Shown here: one piece after another, positions 10,077 through 19,941 of the stretch | Layout: each line of letters opens with the position of its first letter | Numbering within the stretch: the first letter of the stretch is position 1 | NCBI GenBank assembly: GCA_964474085.1 | Contig: CAYYRJ010000013.1 | Location: 797-64,796 of the forward strand | Direction: 5' to 3' | DNA length: 64,000 nucleotides | Origin: an uncultured Planctomycetales bacterium | GTDB lineage: Bacteria; Omnitrophota; Gorgyraeia; Zapsychrales; JANLHA01 | Notes under the pieces: model-generated | The model's database searches: none | The model's input: the letters and a program-made list of their open reading frames with translations, nothing else | Told to the model about the DNA's origin: nothing | Made by a program: the position numbers and the translations under genes

Positions 10077-11336
10077 ATGTTTTGGTCTAAATATTTCATC
10101 CCTACGTTAAAGGAAATTCCTGTTGGTACGGAAGCGATCAGCCATCAGCTTTCTTTGCGTGCGGGACTGGTCAACATGTTGACATCCGGCGTGTATTCAT
10201 ATTTGCCGCTGGGGCTGCGCGTATTAAGGCGCATTGAAGAAATTATCCGTCAGGAAATGAATGCGGCCGGTGCACAAGAATTATTTTTGCCGGTTTTGCA
10301 GCCTATCGAATTGTGGCAATCAACAGGCCGAGATAAGACTTTGGCTGAGATCATGATCAGTTTTAAGGACAAAAAAGGGCGCACGCTCTGCTTGGGTCCC
10401 ACGCACGAAGAGGTGATTACCGATTTGGTTAAAAATTATGTCCAATCGTATCGTCAGTTGCCTGTGACGCTCTATCAAATTCAGACGAAATTTCGTGATG
10501 AATTGCGCACCCGTTACGGAATTGTGCGTGCCTGCGAATTTATCATGAAAGATGCTTACAGTTTTGATCGGGATACGCAAGGCTTGAAAAAAAATTATCA
10601 GCTGATGTACGACGCGTATGTGCGGATTTTTAAGCGTTGCGGCTTAAATGTCGTGATTGCTCAGGCAGATTCCGGGGTGATGGGAGGGGATCTGTCGCAT
10701 GAGTTTCTTGTCCCGGCGGCAATCGGCGAGGATGCGGTTGTTCAATGTCCATCTTGCGGATTTGGCGCTGCCTTTAAGTCTGAACAAGATCAAGGTAAAC
10801 CGTGCCCGAATTGTAAAGAAGGCCAACTTGTCAAGAAGGTTGCTATTGAATTAGGCCACGTATTTCAGTTGGGCCTTAAATACAGCAGTGCGCAAGGGGC
10901 GCTTTTTGTCGACGAGGATGGAAAGCAAAAGCCGATTGTGATGGGCTGTTACGGGATTGGCGTCAGCCGGCTTATTGCGGCGATTATTGAAACTAATAAT
11001 GACGCCTCTGGCATTGTTTGGCCTGCGCAAGTCGCTCCTTTTGATGTCGAAATTTTACCTTTGCAAGTGACTGATGAAGAAACGATGACGTTGGCCCGTG
11101 ACTATTGCGCAGATTTAGAAAGGCGAGGTTTTTCTGTTTTAGTCGATGATCGCGATGAAAGCGCCGGACGAAAGTTCAATGATGCCGATTTGATTGGGAT
11201 CCCGTATCGGCTGACAATCGGCAAACGAACGCTTAAGGAAGGCAAAGTGGAGATTAAGAACCGTCGCAGCGGGGAAACACGGATCGTGCTTAAAGAAGAT
11301 GTTGTTAACGAGTTGACGGCGCTTTTGGGGAAGTGA
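10077..11336 (+). CDS. proS: prolyl-tRNA synthetase, short form lacking INS editing domain, with Cys4 insertion
   Basis: Class II motifs 1-3 (FRDELRTRYGIVRACEFIMKDAYSF). N-terminus aligns to bacterial ProRS. CPSCG...CPNC zinc ribbon sits where the INS domain would be. Confidence 0.85.
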   Translation: MFWSKYFIPTLKEIPVGTEAISHQLSLRAGLVNMLTSGVYSYLPLGLRVLRRIEEIIRQEMNAAGAQELFLPVLQPIELWQSTGRDKTLAEIMISFKDKKGRTLCLGPTHEEVITDLVKNYVQSYRQLPVTLYQIQTKFRDELRTRYGIVRACEFIMKDAYSFDRDTQGLKKNYQLMYDAYVRIFKRCGLNVVIAQADSGVMGGDLSHEFLVPAAIGEDAVVQCPSCGFGAAFKSEQDQGKPCPNCKEGQLVKKVAIELGHVFQLGLKYSSAQGALFVDEDGKQKPIVMGCYGIGVSRLIAAIIETNNDASGIVWPAQVAPFDVEILPLQVTDEETMTLARDYCADLERRGFSVLVDDRDESAGRKFNDADLIGIPYRLTIGKRTLKEGKVEIKNRRSGETRIVLKEDVVNELTALLGK

Positions 11337-11339
11337 TGG

Positions 11340-11792
11340 ATGTTGACCGATATTCAAGCTCAAGTTGAAAGCATTGTTCCTCTAATTGTGGTAGCGGCTG
11401 GTTTGGATCTTGTTGAGCTTTCTGTCGCACAATCGGGGCTGGCTTATAAGATTGAAGTTCTTTGTGACCGGCCACAAGGAGGGATTACATTAGAAGAGTG
11501 CGTTAAACTCAATAAAGTGATTGTTGAAATTTTTGATTTACAGCCGTGGGCAGAGGATTATGAATTGGTCGTTGCCTCTCCGGGGCTGGATCGGCCCTTA
11601 AAGAATCAAAAAGACTTTGCCCGGATGTTAGGTAAGCGGGTCAAAGTTCTTTTGACCGAAAAAGTCGATGGCAAGGGAGAATATTCGGGTTTGGTCAAAG
11701 AGGTTTTTGAAGATGCTGTTTTAATCGCCGTAAGAAAAAAAGAAATTAAATTGCCGTACGACAAAATTTTGAAGGCGGGATTAATGATATAG
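11340..11792 (+). CDS. rimP: ribosome maturation factor RimP
   Basis: 150 aa. Directly upstream of nusA-infB. Confidence 0.8.
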   Translation: MLTDIQAQVESIVPLIVVAAGLDLVELSVAQSGLAYKIEVLCDRPQGGITLEECVKLNKVIVEIFDLQPWAEDYELVVASPGLDRPLKNQKDFARMLGKRVKVLLTEKVDGKGEYSGLVKEVFEDAVLIAVRKKEIKLPYDKILKAGLMI

Positions 11793-11800
11793 TGTGTCCG

Positions 11801-11916
11801 GCAAGCTTGATTCAAGTCCGACGGCGAATTGAACGCAGTTCTGAATTTCTCCCGCCCTACGGCGGGACATCCACCAGAAACCGTTCATTGAGCAGGAGGA
11901 CTTGAATCAAACTTGC
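11801..11916. repeat. 116-nt palindromic element with 19-bp terminal inverted repeats and an internal cccgcc-ggcggg hairpin
   Basis: gcaagcttgattcaagtcc ... ggacttgaatcaaacttgc. Lies between rimP and nusA. Confidence 0.5.
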
Positions 11917-11963
11917 AGCAAAGTGTTGATTTTAATATAACGAAATTAATGAAAGGGTAAGTT

Positions 11964-13172
11964 ATGGATAATAATGAATTGATGACAATTTTGGAACAAT
12001 TAGAGCGCGACAAGGGCATTGACAAAGAGATTTTGATCAGCGCTGTCGAAGCGGCTGTCGCATCCGCTGCGCGAAAAATTTTAAGCGTCGGTGAAGAAGA
12101 GGAAGTCAAAGTTGTTTTAAACCGCAAGACCGGAAAACTCAAGGCCTACGCTGGCGAGCAAGAAATTCGTTCCAGTGAGTTTGGCCGTATCGCTGCGCAA
12201 ACAGCTAAGCAGGTTGTTATTCAAAAAATCCGCGAAGCCGAAAAAGATGTTGTTTACACCGAATATCAGGCTCGCATCGGACAGATCATCAGCGGCAGCG
12301 TTTATCGTTTCGAAAAAGGCAATATCATTATCGATCTTGGCAAAACAGAAGGTTGCCTTTTGCGCAGTGAGCAGTCACCGAAAGAGGAATTTAAACAGGG
12401 CGATCGTGTGCGGGCCTATGTTTTAAGCGCTAGCCGTGAAACCAAGGGGCCGCAGATCATTCTTTCTCGGGCGCATCCGAATTTTGTCAAACGTTTGTTT
12501 GAACTCGAAGTTCCCGAAATTTATGAAGGGATTGTCGAAATCAAGTCGATTGCACGCGCAGCCGGGGAGAGGACAAAGATTGCGGTCTATTCGAAGGATG
12601 ATAAGGTCGATTGCGTTGGAGCCTGTGTCGGGATGCGCGGGTCGCGTGTCAAAAATATTGTTACCGAACTGCAGGGTGAGCGCATTGACATTGTCCGTTA
12701 TTCGGAAGATGTCAAGGAGTATATTCAGGCGGCTTTATCGCCGGCCGAAATTTCGCAGATCCAAGTCAAGTCCGACGATAAAAAAGCGAATCTTATCGTT
12801 GCTGACGATCAATTGTCATTAGCCATCGGTAAACGCGGGCAAAATGTCCGATTGGCCAGCGAACTTGTCGGATGGGATTTAAATATTTTTACGGCTGAAC
12901 AATGGAAAAAACATTTGGATGAGCTCTTAGGCGGAGCGGGGCCAGCTAAGGGGATTCTTGATCAAAAAGTTGAGGATGTAGAAGAGCTCGGCTTAGAAGA
13001 TCTGCCCGGTGTGGGAGAAAAACTTTTGGAGTCTCTCAAAGAAGCGGGTTTTGATTCGCTCGAAAAAATCGCTGACGCAAGCCTTGAAGCATTGACCGCT
13101 GTTAAGGGTTTAGGTGAAGCGAAGGCGCAAAAAATTATCGGCAAGGCCAAGGGCTTGTTAAAAAAAGACTAA
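11964..13172 (+). CDS. nusA: transcription termination/antitermination factor NusA
   Basis: N-terminal domain, S1 and KH domains. C-terminal acidic helix-hairpin-helix repeat. Confidence 0.95.
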   Translation: MDNNELMTILEQLERDKGIDKEILISAVEAAVASAARKILSVGEEEEVKVVLNRKTGKLKAYAGEQEIRSSEFGRIAAQTAKQVVIQKIREAEKDVVYTEYQARIGQIISGSVYRFEKGNIIIDLGKTEGCLLRSEQSPKEEFKQGDRVRAYVLSASRETKGPQIILSRAHPNFVKRLFELEVPEIYEGIVEIKSIARAAGERTKIAVYSKDDKVDCVGACVGMRGSRVKNIVTELQGERIDIVRYSEDVKEYIQAALSPAEISQIQVKSDDKKANLIVADDQLSLAIGKRGQNVRLASELVGWDLNIFTAEQWKKHLDELLGGAGPAKGILDQKVEDVEELGLEDLPGVGEKLLESLKEAGFDSLEKIADASLEALTAVKGLGEAKAQKIIGKAKGLLKKD

Positions 13173-13227
13173 TCAGGCTTAACGTTTGCGTGATATGATA
13201 GGCAAACAATTTTAATCCATTTTATAG

Positions 13228-15663
13228 GTGAATATGTTAGTTTCCGAATTAGCCAAAGAGTTTAATACCACCGCTGCCGTTGTTTTAGGGAAACTTAAAA
13301 CACTTCGTCTTAAGGCTGTAGACGAAAAGCAGGATTTGAGCAAGGCGGTTGTGACTGTTTTGCGCAGTGAACTGGTTAAAGATTTAAAAACCGCAACGGC
13401 GGTTCGTGTTGCCGCGAAAGCTGCAAAAATCAGTTCCAAGCAATCGGCGCTTAAAGTTGTCGAAAAAGAAAAAGAAGAAGAGTCGCCGAAGCCTAAAAAA
13501 GAAACAACCAAAAAAAGTGCTTCCAAAAAAGCAGCGGCTGTGCAAGAGCCTAAAGAAGAGATTGCCAAAGAAAAACCGCAAGAAGTTCCGGTTGTCGAGC
13601 CTGTTGTTAAGGAAGTTGTTTCGCCAAAAGTGGAAGTTAAGGAAGAAAAGCCTCCTGTTAAAATCGAAGTTGCGGTTGCTCCTGTTGTTGTCCCGCCGCA
13701 AAAAGTTGTCGCTGCCGCACCGATTATTAAACCTACCGCGGAAGAAGAAGCCAAAGGGTTTGTTCCATTGCGGCCATTGGTTAAGAAGAAGCGGCGTGTT
13801 CCAGGACGTGCTGATTTTCCTCGCAGCGGCAGTGAAAACATTTCGACCGACTCTTTGCCGTCGACAGCACCAACAGCGCCCACTGTCCCTGCGGCACCCA
13901 AAGAATTAAAAGAACTTGAAGTCCAGTTGCCGATTTCGGTTAAAGATTTTGCTGTGCGTATTCAGGAAAAGACGAGTGTTGTTTTAAAGAAACTCATGGA
14001 AATGGGTGTTTTGGCCAACATCAACCAAAATTTAAGTGAAGAAGTTGTCCGCACCTTGGCGGAAGCTTTAGGATTTTCGATTACAAAAATTAAAACCAAG
14101 GAAGAAAAACTGATTGAAATTCATAAAGCCGAAGAAGAGGATCCCAAGCTGTTATCCGCCCGAGGCCCTGTCGTCACATTTATGGGGCACGTCGATCACG
14201 GAAAAACTTCATTGCTAGACCGTATTCGCAAGAGCCGTGTCGCTGACAAAGAGCATGGCGGGATTACACAGCACATTGGCGCCTATTCGGTGCAGGTCCC
14301 TAAGGGGCGCATTACATTTTTAGACACGCCCGGTCACGAAGCGTTTACCGCGATGCGCGCACGCGGGGCGCATATTACAGATATTGTCGTCATTGTTGTC
14401 GCTGCCGATGAAGGGATTATGCCACAGACAGAAGAAGCCATTGACCATGCCCGTGCTGCCGGTGTTCCGATTGTCATTGCTTTAAATAAAATTGATAAAC
14501 GCAATGCGGATATTGACCGGGTTAAAAAGCAATTGATGGAACACGATTTGAGCCCTGAAGATTGGGGCGGGAAAACAATTGTTGTTGGGGTTTCGGCAGT
14601 CACAGGCGAAGGGATAGATAAACTTTTGGAAATGATGTTCTTGGAGTCTGAAATGCTTGAGCTTCGCGCTAATCGTCAGAAAAAGGCTTCCGGAATCGTC
14701 GTCGAGGCGCATATGAGCCGGGGCAAGGGTTCTTTGGCCACGTTAATCGTTCAAAGCGGAACGTTGCGTCCCAACGATATGATTGTTGTCGGGCCATATT
14801 ACGGCCGCGTTAAGGCGATGTTTGATGATTACGAAAAGCCCATCGGCGAAGCGGGCCCGTCGATGCCGGTTGAAATTTTAGGGTTGCCCGGCGTTCCTGA
14901 TGCGGGTGAAATGTTTTATGTTGTTGAAAATGAGGACCAGGCACGCGAAATTACCTCGGTGCGCGTTGAGCAGTTAAAGCATGAACGACTTCATGCGACG
15001 AGCAAAATTACGCTTGAAGATCTTTATACTCAAATTCAGCAGGGCAAAGTTAAGGAACTTAATGTTATTTTGAAAGCAGACGTGCAAGGTTCGCTGGAGG
15101 CGATTAAGGATTCGCTTAATAAAATTTCGACGGCGGAAGTCAAGGTCAGCTTTATTCATACGGGTGTCGGCGACGTTAATGCCGCAGACGTTATTTTGGC
15201 TTTTGCATCGAACGCGATCATTATTGCTTTCCAAGTTGACATTGGCGTTAAGGCCGCGCAGGAATTGGAAAAACAACCCGTCGATGTGCGCAAATACCGT
15301 ATCATTTATGACGCTGTCAATGACGTAAAGAAAGCGATGGAAGGGCTCTTGGAGCCTAAGAAGCGCCGCAAGTTTGTGGCTCGCATTGAAGTGCGTCAAG
15401 TCTTTAAACTCAGCAAAGGATACACCGTTGCCGGCTGTTATGTTTTAAAGGGCAAGATCAACCGTAAAGCCACCGTCGATGTGATGCGAAATGGCGAGGT
15501 TGTTCATACGGGAGCTGTTTCGGGGATCAAACGCTTTAAAGATGATGTTAAAGAAGTTAATGAAGGTTATGAGTGCGGGATTCTTTTGGAGAAGTTTGAG
15601 AAGTTTGAACCCGGGGATATTTTGGAAGCGTTTGAAACCGAATCGATAGCCAGAACGTTATAA
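13228..15663 (+). CDS. infB: translation initiation factor IF-2
   Basis: 811 aa. Lys/Pro/Glu-rich N-terminus. G domain with GHVDHGKT, DTPGHEAF and NKID motifs. Confidence 0.95.
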   Translation: MNMLVSELAKEFNTTAAVVLGKLKTLRLKAVDEKQDLSKAVVTVLRSELVKDLKTATAVRVAAKAAKISSKQSALKVVEKEKEEESPKPKKETTKKSASKKAAAVQEPKEEIAKEKPQEVPVVEPVVKEVVSPKVEVKEEKPPVKIEVAVAPVVVPPQKVVAAAPIIKPTAEEEAKGFVPLRPLVKKKRRVPGRADFPRSGSENISTDSLPSTAPTAPTVPAAPKELKELEVQLPISVKDFAVRIQEKTSVVLKKLMEMGVLANINQNLSEEVVRTLAEALGFSITKIKTKEEKLIEIHKAEEEDPKLLSARGPVVTFMGHVDHGKTSLLDRIRKSRVADKEHGGITQHIGAYSVQVPKGRITFLDTPGHEAFTAMRARGAHITDIVVIVVAADEGIMPQTEEAIDHARAAGVPIVIALNKIDKRNADIDRVKKQLMEHDLSPEDWGGKTIVVGVSAVTGEGIDKLLEMMFLESEMLELRANRQKKASGIVVEAHMSRGKGSLATLIVQSGTLRPNDMIVVGPYYGRVKAMFDDYEKPIGEAGPSMPVEILGLPGVPDAGEMFYVVENEDQAREITSVRVEQLKHERLHATSKITLEDLYTQIQQGKVKELNVILKADVQGSLEAIKDSLNKISTAEVKVSFIHTGVGDVNAADVILAFASNAIIIAFQVDIGVKAAQELEKQPVDVRKYRIIYDAVNDVKKAMEGLLEPKKRRKFVARIEVRQVFKLSKGYTVAGCYVLKGKINRKATVDVMRNGEVVHTGAVSGIKRFKDDVKEVNEGYECGILLEKFEKFEPGDILEAFETESIARTL

Positions 15664-15678
15664 AAATTAAAGCTGTGT

Positions 15679-15755
15679 AACGGGTCCTGTCGCTGCGGAC
15701 CCTGCTGTCCTCGCAAGCTGCGGGCAGCAGGGGACCCCCTTCGCGCCACCCGTTC
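15679..15755. repeat. GC-rich multi-hairpin element between infB and trpS
   Basis: aacgggt/acccgtt closing stem. Internal gggtcc/ggaccc and ccctgctg/cagcaggg stems. Confidence 0.45.
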
Positions 15756-15773
15756 AATCAGTGCTCTAATATC

Positions 15774-16754
15774 ATGAATAAAAAAATCTTCAGCGGGATG
15801 CGTCCGACGGGAAAGCTTCACTTAGGCCACTTGGTCGGGGCGCTTTCTAATTGGGTCAAACTGCAAAAAGACTACCCTTGTATTTTTTCCATCGTCGATT
15901 GGCACGCCTACATGGGCGAGTATGAACAAAGTCACGGGATTAAGGAAAACATTCTTGATATGGCCGTCGACTGGATGGCCTGTGGCATTGACCCCGAAAA
16001 ATCCATTCTGTTTGTCCAGTCGCAAGTGCCCGAACATTTAGAATTAGCAATGATTTTTGGATGTATTACGCCTTTAGGCTGGCTGGAACGCAACCCGACG
16101 TATAAAGAACAGCTTCGGGAAATCACCACGCGCGATTTGCAAACGTTTGGGTTTTTAGGTTATCCGGTTTTGCAGGCGGCTGATATTTTGCTTTACAAAG
16201 CCAACGCGGTTCCTATCGGCGAAGATCAATTGCCTCATCTGGAGTTGACCCGCGAAATTGCCCGGCGGTTTAATTTTCTTTATAGAAAAGAAATTTTTCC
16301 CGATTGTGAAGCGATTCTCACTCAAACGCCGCGACTGCTTGGTCTCGACGGGCGCAAGATGAGTAAAAGCTACCAGAATGCCATTAATCTTTCCGATTCC
16401 CCGGATATCATCAAAGCGCGTGTCAAACAAATGTTTACGGACCCCAAACGGGTTCGTTTAGCGGACGCAGGGCATCCGGATGAATGCAATGTGTATAGCT
16501 ATTATAAAGTTTTTGCCGACGAAAAAAGTGCTGACGTTTATCAGTGGTGCACCAAGGCACAAAAGGGATGCACGGATTGTAAAATGATTTTGGCAGAGGC
16601 TCTGACCAAGGAACTTTTGCCGATTGCAGAAAAACGCCGCGAACTTTTGCAAAAGCCACAGCGCATCGTCGAGATTTTGGAAGAGGGTCGCAAAAAGGCA
16701 AGTGTCATCGCCCGTCAAACGATTGCCGAGGTTAAGGAGGCCATTTTCAAATGA
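15774..16754 (+). CDS. trpS: tryptophanyl-tRNA synthetase
   Basis: HIGH-type motif (GKLHLGHLVG). KMSKS motif. Confidence 0.95.
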   Translation: MNKKIFSGMRPTGKLHLGHLVGALSNWVKLQKDYPCIFSIVDWHAYMGEYEQSHGIKENILDMAVDWMACGIDPEKSILFVQSQVPEHLELAMIFGCITPLGWLERNPTYKEQLREITTRDLQTFGFLGYPVLQAADILLYKANAVPIGEDQLPHLELTREIARRFNFLYRKEIFPDCEAILTQTPRLLGLDGRKMSKSYQNAINLSDSPDIIKARVKQMFTDPKRVRLADAGHPDECNVYSYYKVFADEKSADVYQWCTKAQKGCTDCKMILAEALTKELLPIAEKRRELLQKPQRIVEILEEGRKKASVIARQTIAEVKEAIFK

Positions 16755-17575
16755 GCTACAAGCTTAAGCTGGATATTTTTGAAGGGCCGCTGGATCTTTT
16801 GTTGTTTTTGATCAAGAAAAACGATATCGATATTTATGATATTCCCATCGTCAAGGTCACCGAGCAGTATCTTGAATATATTGAAATGATGAAAATGCTC
16901 GACTTGGAAGTTGTCGGCGAGTTTTTGGTGATGGCGGCTACTCTTTTGCAGATTAAGTCCAAGATGCTTCTGCCGCCGGACCCCAGCGGATTGGAAGAAC
17001 CGGAGATTGACCCACGTGAGGAATTGGTGGCACGTTTGCAGGAGTATCGTGTTTTTAAGGAAATTGCCGAACAGCTAAAAGGCAAGGAAGGCGAGCGGCA
17101 AAACTTTTTTACCCGCCAAGTCGACGAAGAGACGCGTAAAGCGCTTGAGAACGATGCAAAAGAAGTTTTTTTTGAAGCGAGCTTGTTTGACTTGATCAAT
17201 GCGTTTAGTGCGGCGTTGTCCAAACTAAAAGAAGAAAAAAGTTATGAAGTTTCCAAAGAAGAATTTACCGTCGAGCAAAAAATCCACGACATTTTACATT
17301 CTCTTCTTAATGAACCGCGGTTATTGCTGACAGATATTTTTGCAAAAGCAAAGTCCAAGGTCGAGATGATTGTTTCTTTTATGGCTATTTTAGAGCTCAT
17401 TCGTCTTAAAGAAATTGTTGTCGCTCAAAAGCGATTGTTTTCCGATATTGAAGTATTGCGTAATCGGGAGAATGTCATCCCGTCTGCTCAGTTGGAGGTT
17501 GTCCAAACGGATCAGCCGCCCAACGTTCAAGCTCCTTTGGCCATCGGAGAAGATCAAAATGTCCCAGATGCCTGA
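16751..17575 (+). CDS. scpA: segregation and condensation protein A
   Basis: ScpA family N-terminal motif (GPLDLLLFLIKKN). 274 aa. Confidence 0.85.
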   Translation: MSYKLKLDIFEGPLDLLLFLIKKNDIDIYDIPIVKVTEQYLEYIEMMKMLDLEVVGEFLVMAATLLQIKSKMLLPPDPSGLEEPEIDPREELVARLQEYRVFKEIAEQLKGKEGERQNFFTRQVDEETRKALENDAKEVFFEASLFDLINAFSAALSKLKEEKSYEVSKEEFTVEQKIHDILHSLLNEPRLLLTDIFAKAKSKVEMIVSFMAILELIRLKEIVVAQKRLFSDIEVLRNRENVIPSAQLEVVQTDQPPNVQAPLAIGEDQNVPDA

Positions 17576-18620
17576 TTTGCCGCAAACACTTGAACGGCGC
17601 AAACTCATCCTCGAACAGGAAACAGAAGAGGACAAGGTCGTCAGCCTTTCTTTGCGCCCGTCGAAACTGGATGAATTTATCGGTCAAAAAGATTTGGTCG
17701 AAAATTTGCACGTTTCGCTGGGGGCGGCCAAACAGCGGGGTGAGCCACTTGAGCATATGTTGTTTTCTGGTCCACCGGGGTTAGGCAAAACGTCTTTGGC
17801 ATATATTATTTCGCATGAAATGGGCGTGCGCATTACGGTGACATCCGGACCGGCGATTACGCGTGCGGGGGATTTGATCGGGATTCTGACGAATTTAGAA
17901 CATGGAGATATTTTATTTATCGACGAGATTCATCGATTGTCAAAAGTCGTTGAGGAGTTTCTTTATCCGGCGATGGAAAATTACAAAATTGACTTTATCG
18001 TTGATAAAGGGCCGTATGCGCGCACGGTCAATTTTAATTTAAAGCCTTTTACCATCATTGGGGCGACGACGCGCAGCGGGCTTTTGGCTTCGCCTTTGCG
18101 TGACCGGTTCGGGATTTTTCATCATTTGGAATTTTATTCGCCGCAGGATTTGTGTGAAATTGTTTTAGCTTCCGCCCAAAAACTCAATGTGACCATTAGT
18201 CCCGAAACCGCGATTGCGATTGCCCGGCGGGCGCGCGGTACGCCGCGGATTGCCAATCGGCTTTTGCGCCGTGTGCGGGATTTTGCGCAGGTGAAAACTG
18301 GCAAAGCGCTCATTGAACTTAGTCTTGTGGATGAGGCGATGCGCACACTTCGGATTGATGAAATGGGTTTGGACGAAATCGACCGGCGTTTGCTTAAAGT
18401 TATCCAGGAACAATATCAGGGTGGGCCCGTCGGAGTTGAGACCTTGGCGGCTACGCTTAACGAAGAAATCGACACGCTAGTCGATGTTTTGGAGCCTTAC
18501 CTTTTAAAAATCGGCTTTTTAAAACGCACGGCTCGCGGGCGCGAAATCACCGAGTCAGCGCTGCGTCATTTGGGCGCCGAGATTGTGCGCGGTAAAAAAG
18601 CTCAGAACGAATTATTTTAA
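17559..18620 (+). CDS. ruvB: Holliday junction branch-migration helicase RuvB
   Basis: GPPGLGKT Walker A. DEIHRL Walker B. Start chosen at MSQMPDLP (ATG 17559); the ORF track shows a longer upstream frame. Confidence 0.9.
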   Translation: MSQMPDLPQTLERRKLILEQETEEDKVVSLSLRPSKLDEFIGQKDLVENLHVSLGAAKQRGEPLEHMLFSGPPGLGKTSLAYIISHEMGVRITVTSGPAITRAGDLIGILTNLEHGDILFIDEIHRLSKVVEEFLYPAMENYKIDFIVDKGPYARTVNFNLKPFTIIGATTRSGLLASPLRDRFGIFHHLEFYSPQDLCEIVLASAQKLNVTISPETAIAIARRARGTPRIANRLLRRVRDFAQVKTGKALIELSLVDEAMRTLRIDEMGLDEIDRRLLKVIQEQYQGGPVGVETLAATLNEEIDTLVDVLEPYLLKIGFLKRTARGREITESALRHLGAEIVRGKKAQNELF

Positions 18621-18631
18621 TTTAATGTTCT

Positions 18632-18659
18632 GTAGGGAACAGGCATGCCTGTTCCCTAC
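18632..18659. repeat. GTAG-headed palindrome of a second sequence family, immediately after the ruvB stop
   Basis: gtagggaacaggcatgcctgttccctac. Perfect 12-bp arms around catg. Confidence 0.6.
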
Positions 18660-18684
18660 CGTAATTCAGGAATATTTATTAGAA

Positions 18685-19941
18685 ATGCTCAGTCATTTTC
18701 TTAACCCAAATTTTGCATTACAACCCATTGCGCGACGATCCGTCGCGGACAAAAAGGTAAATGCAAAATCCGGGTTTAAAAGTTCTTTTCTTTTGATTTT
18801 TCTATTGGCCTTCTTGCCGGTATCGCCCATTTTTGCTGACAATGACCCTTTGATTCGCGTTGCGGTAGCCAAGGACATTGACAGTGTGACGATTAAAGTC
18901 AACGGCGCGTATGAAATTTCTAATCCTGCCACACATCAGATTTTCGAAAAAGATTTGAGCTTTGGCCCAACTGTCATCAGGCAGGGGCCGCAGGGTCTTA
19001 AGCTTGGCGATCGTCAGCTGGTTGTCAACCGGATCCGGTTTTATTCAAACCGGGATGTGGCGGTCATCGTCGGGACAAAGGAACGGCGATACCGCGGTGC
19101 TGTCGATGTTCTGTTGATGCCCAACGCAAAGCTTTTGGTCATTAATCAATTGGAAGTCGAAAACTATATTAAAGGTGTTCTTTTACATGAAGTCTCTAAC
19201 CGTTGGCCGCTGGAAGCGCTTAAAGTACAGGCGGTCGCCGCACGTAGTTATGCATTTGTGCAGATTACCGCAAATGTCAAAAAAGATTTTGATGTCACAA
19301 ACGATATTTATTCGCAGGTTTACGGGGGACGCACCTCCGAGCGTTATAGGACAAACCTTGCGGTGGATCAGACCAAGGGCGAGATATTAACTTTTGGCGG
19401 AAAAGTTTTGCCAGCTTATTTTCATGCGACCTGCGGTGGACATACAGAAAATGCCGTCGAGCTATGGCCAAAGCAAGCGTTGGGGCCGCTTAGTGGGGTT
19501 CACTGTACGTATTGCCGTCAGTCGCCCCACTATTTTTGGAAACGCAATGTCCGGCTTAAAGAGATCCAAGAAAAATTAAATGCGAAAGGTTATCCGATCG
19601 GCTTGATTGATGATATTGCGATTGCCAAACGCAATGAGAGTGACAGGATTTTGACCTTGGTTATCACCGACAAAAACGCCAAGCAAATTACGATTTCGGG
19701 CAAGGATTTTCGTGAAATTTTAGGGCCCAATCTGATTCGCAGCAACAATTACTATATCGTCATGCAAGGGTATTATTGCGACTTTTTTGGCAAAGGCTGG
19801 GGGCATGGGGTTGGGATGTGCCAGTGGGGAGCACAGGGCATGTCGGCCTTAGGGCTTACGTACGATAAGATTCTGCAATTTTATTATCCCGGCGCAGTGT
19901 TGACGGTCGTTAAAGATCAAAGCCTTCCTAAAGTCCAGTGA
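18685..19941 (+). CDS. SpoIID/LytB-domain protein (amidase enhancer-like)
   Basis: Signal peptide. SpoIID-domain conserved blocks (VKAQAVAARSYA, ATCGGHTE). Start set at ATG 18685. Confidence 0.75.
   Translation: MLSHFLNPNFALQPIARRSVADKKVNAKSGFKSSFLLIFLLAFLPVSPIFADNDPLIRVAVAKDIDSVTIKVNGAYEISNPATHQIFEKDLSFGPTVIRQGPQGLKLGDRQLVVNRIRFYSNRDVAVIVGTKERRYRGAVDVLLMPNAKLLVINQLEVENYIKGVLLHEVSNRWPLEALKVQAVAARSYAFVQITANVKKDFDVTNDIYSQVYGGRTSERYRTNLAVDQTKGEILTFGGKVLPAYFHATCGGHTENAVELWPKQALGPLSGVHCTYCRQSPHYFWKRNVRLKEIQEKLNAKGYPIGLIDDIAIAKRNESDRILTLVITDKNAKQITISGKDFREILGPNLIRSNNYYIVMQGYYCDFFGKGWGHGVGMCQWGAQGMSALGLTYDKILQFYYPGAVLTVVKDQSLPKVQ

Noticed and set aside
12175-12822. ORFs 12175-12426 and 12436-12822 (+) inside nusA
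   Set aside because: They are alternative-frame artefacts within a well-supported nusA CDS. Their composition is Arg/Ser-rich junk.
13212-13909. ORFs 13212-13901 (-), 13406-13909 (+) and 13384-13701 (-) of 105-229 aa overlapping the infB 5' region
   Set aside because: They are low-complexity Lys/Arg- or Gly/Thr/Ser-rich translations of the alternative frames and opposite strand of the IF-2 N-terminal Lys/Pro/Glu-rich coding repeat. They have no start context and are entirely nested in infB.
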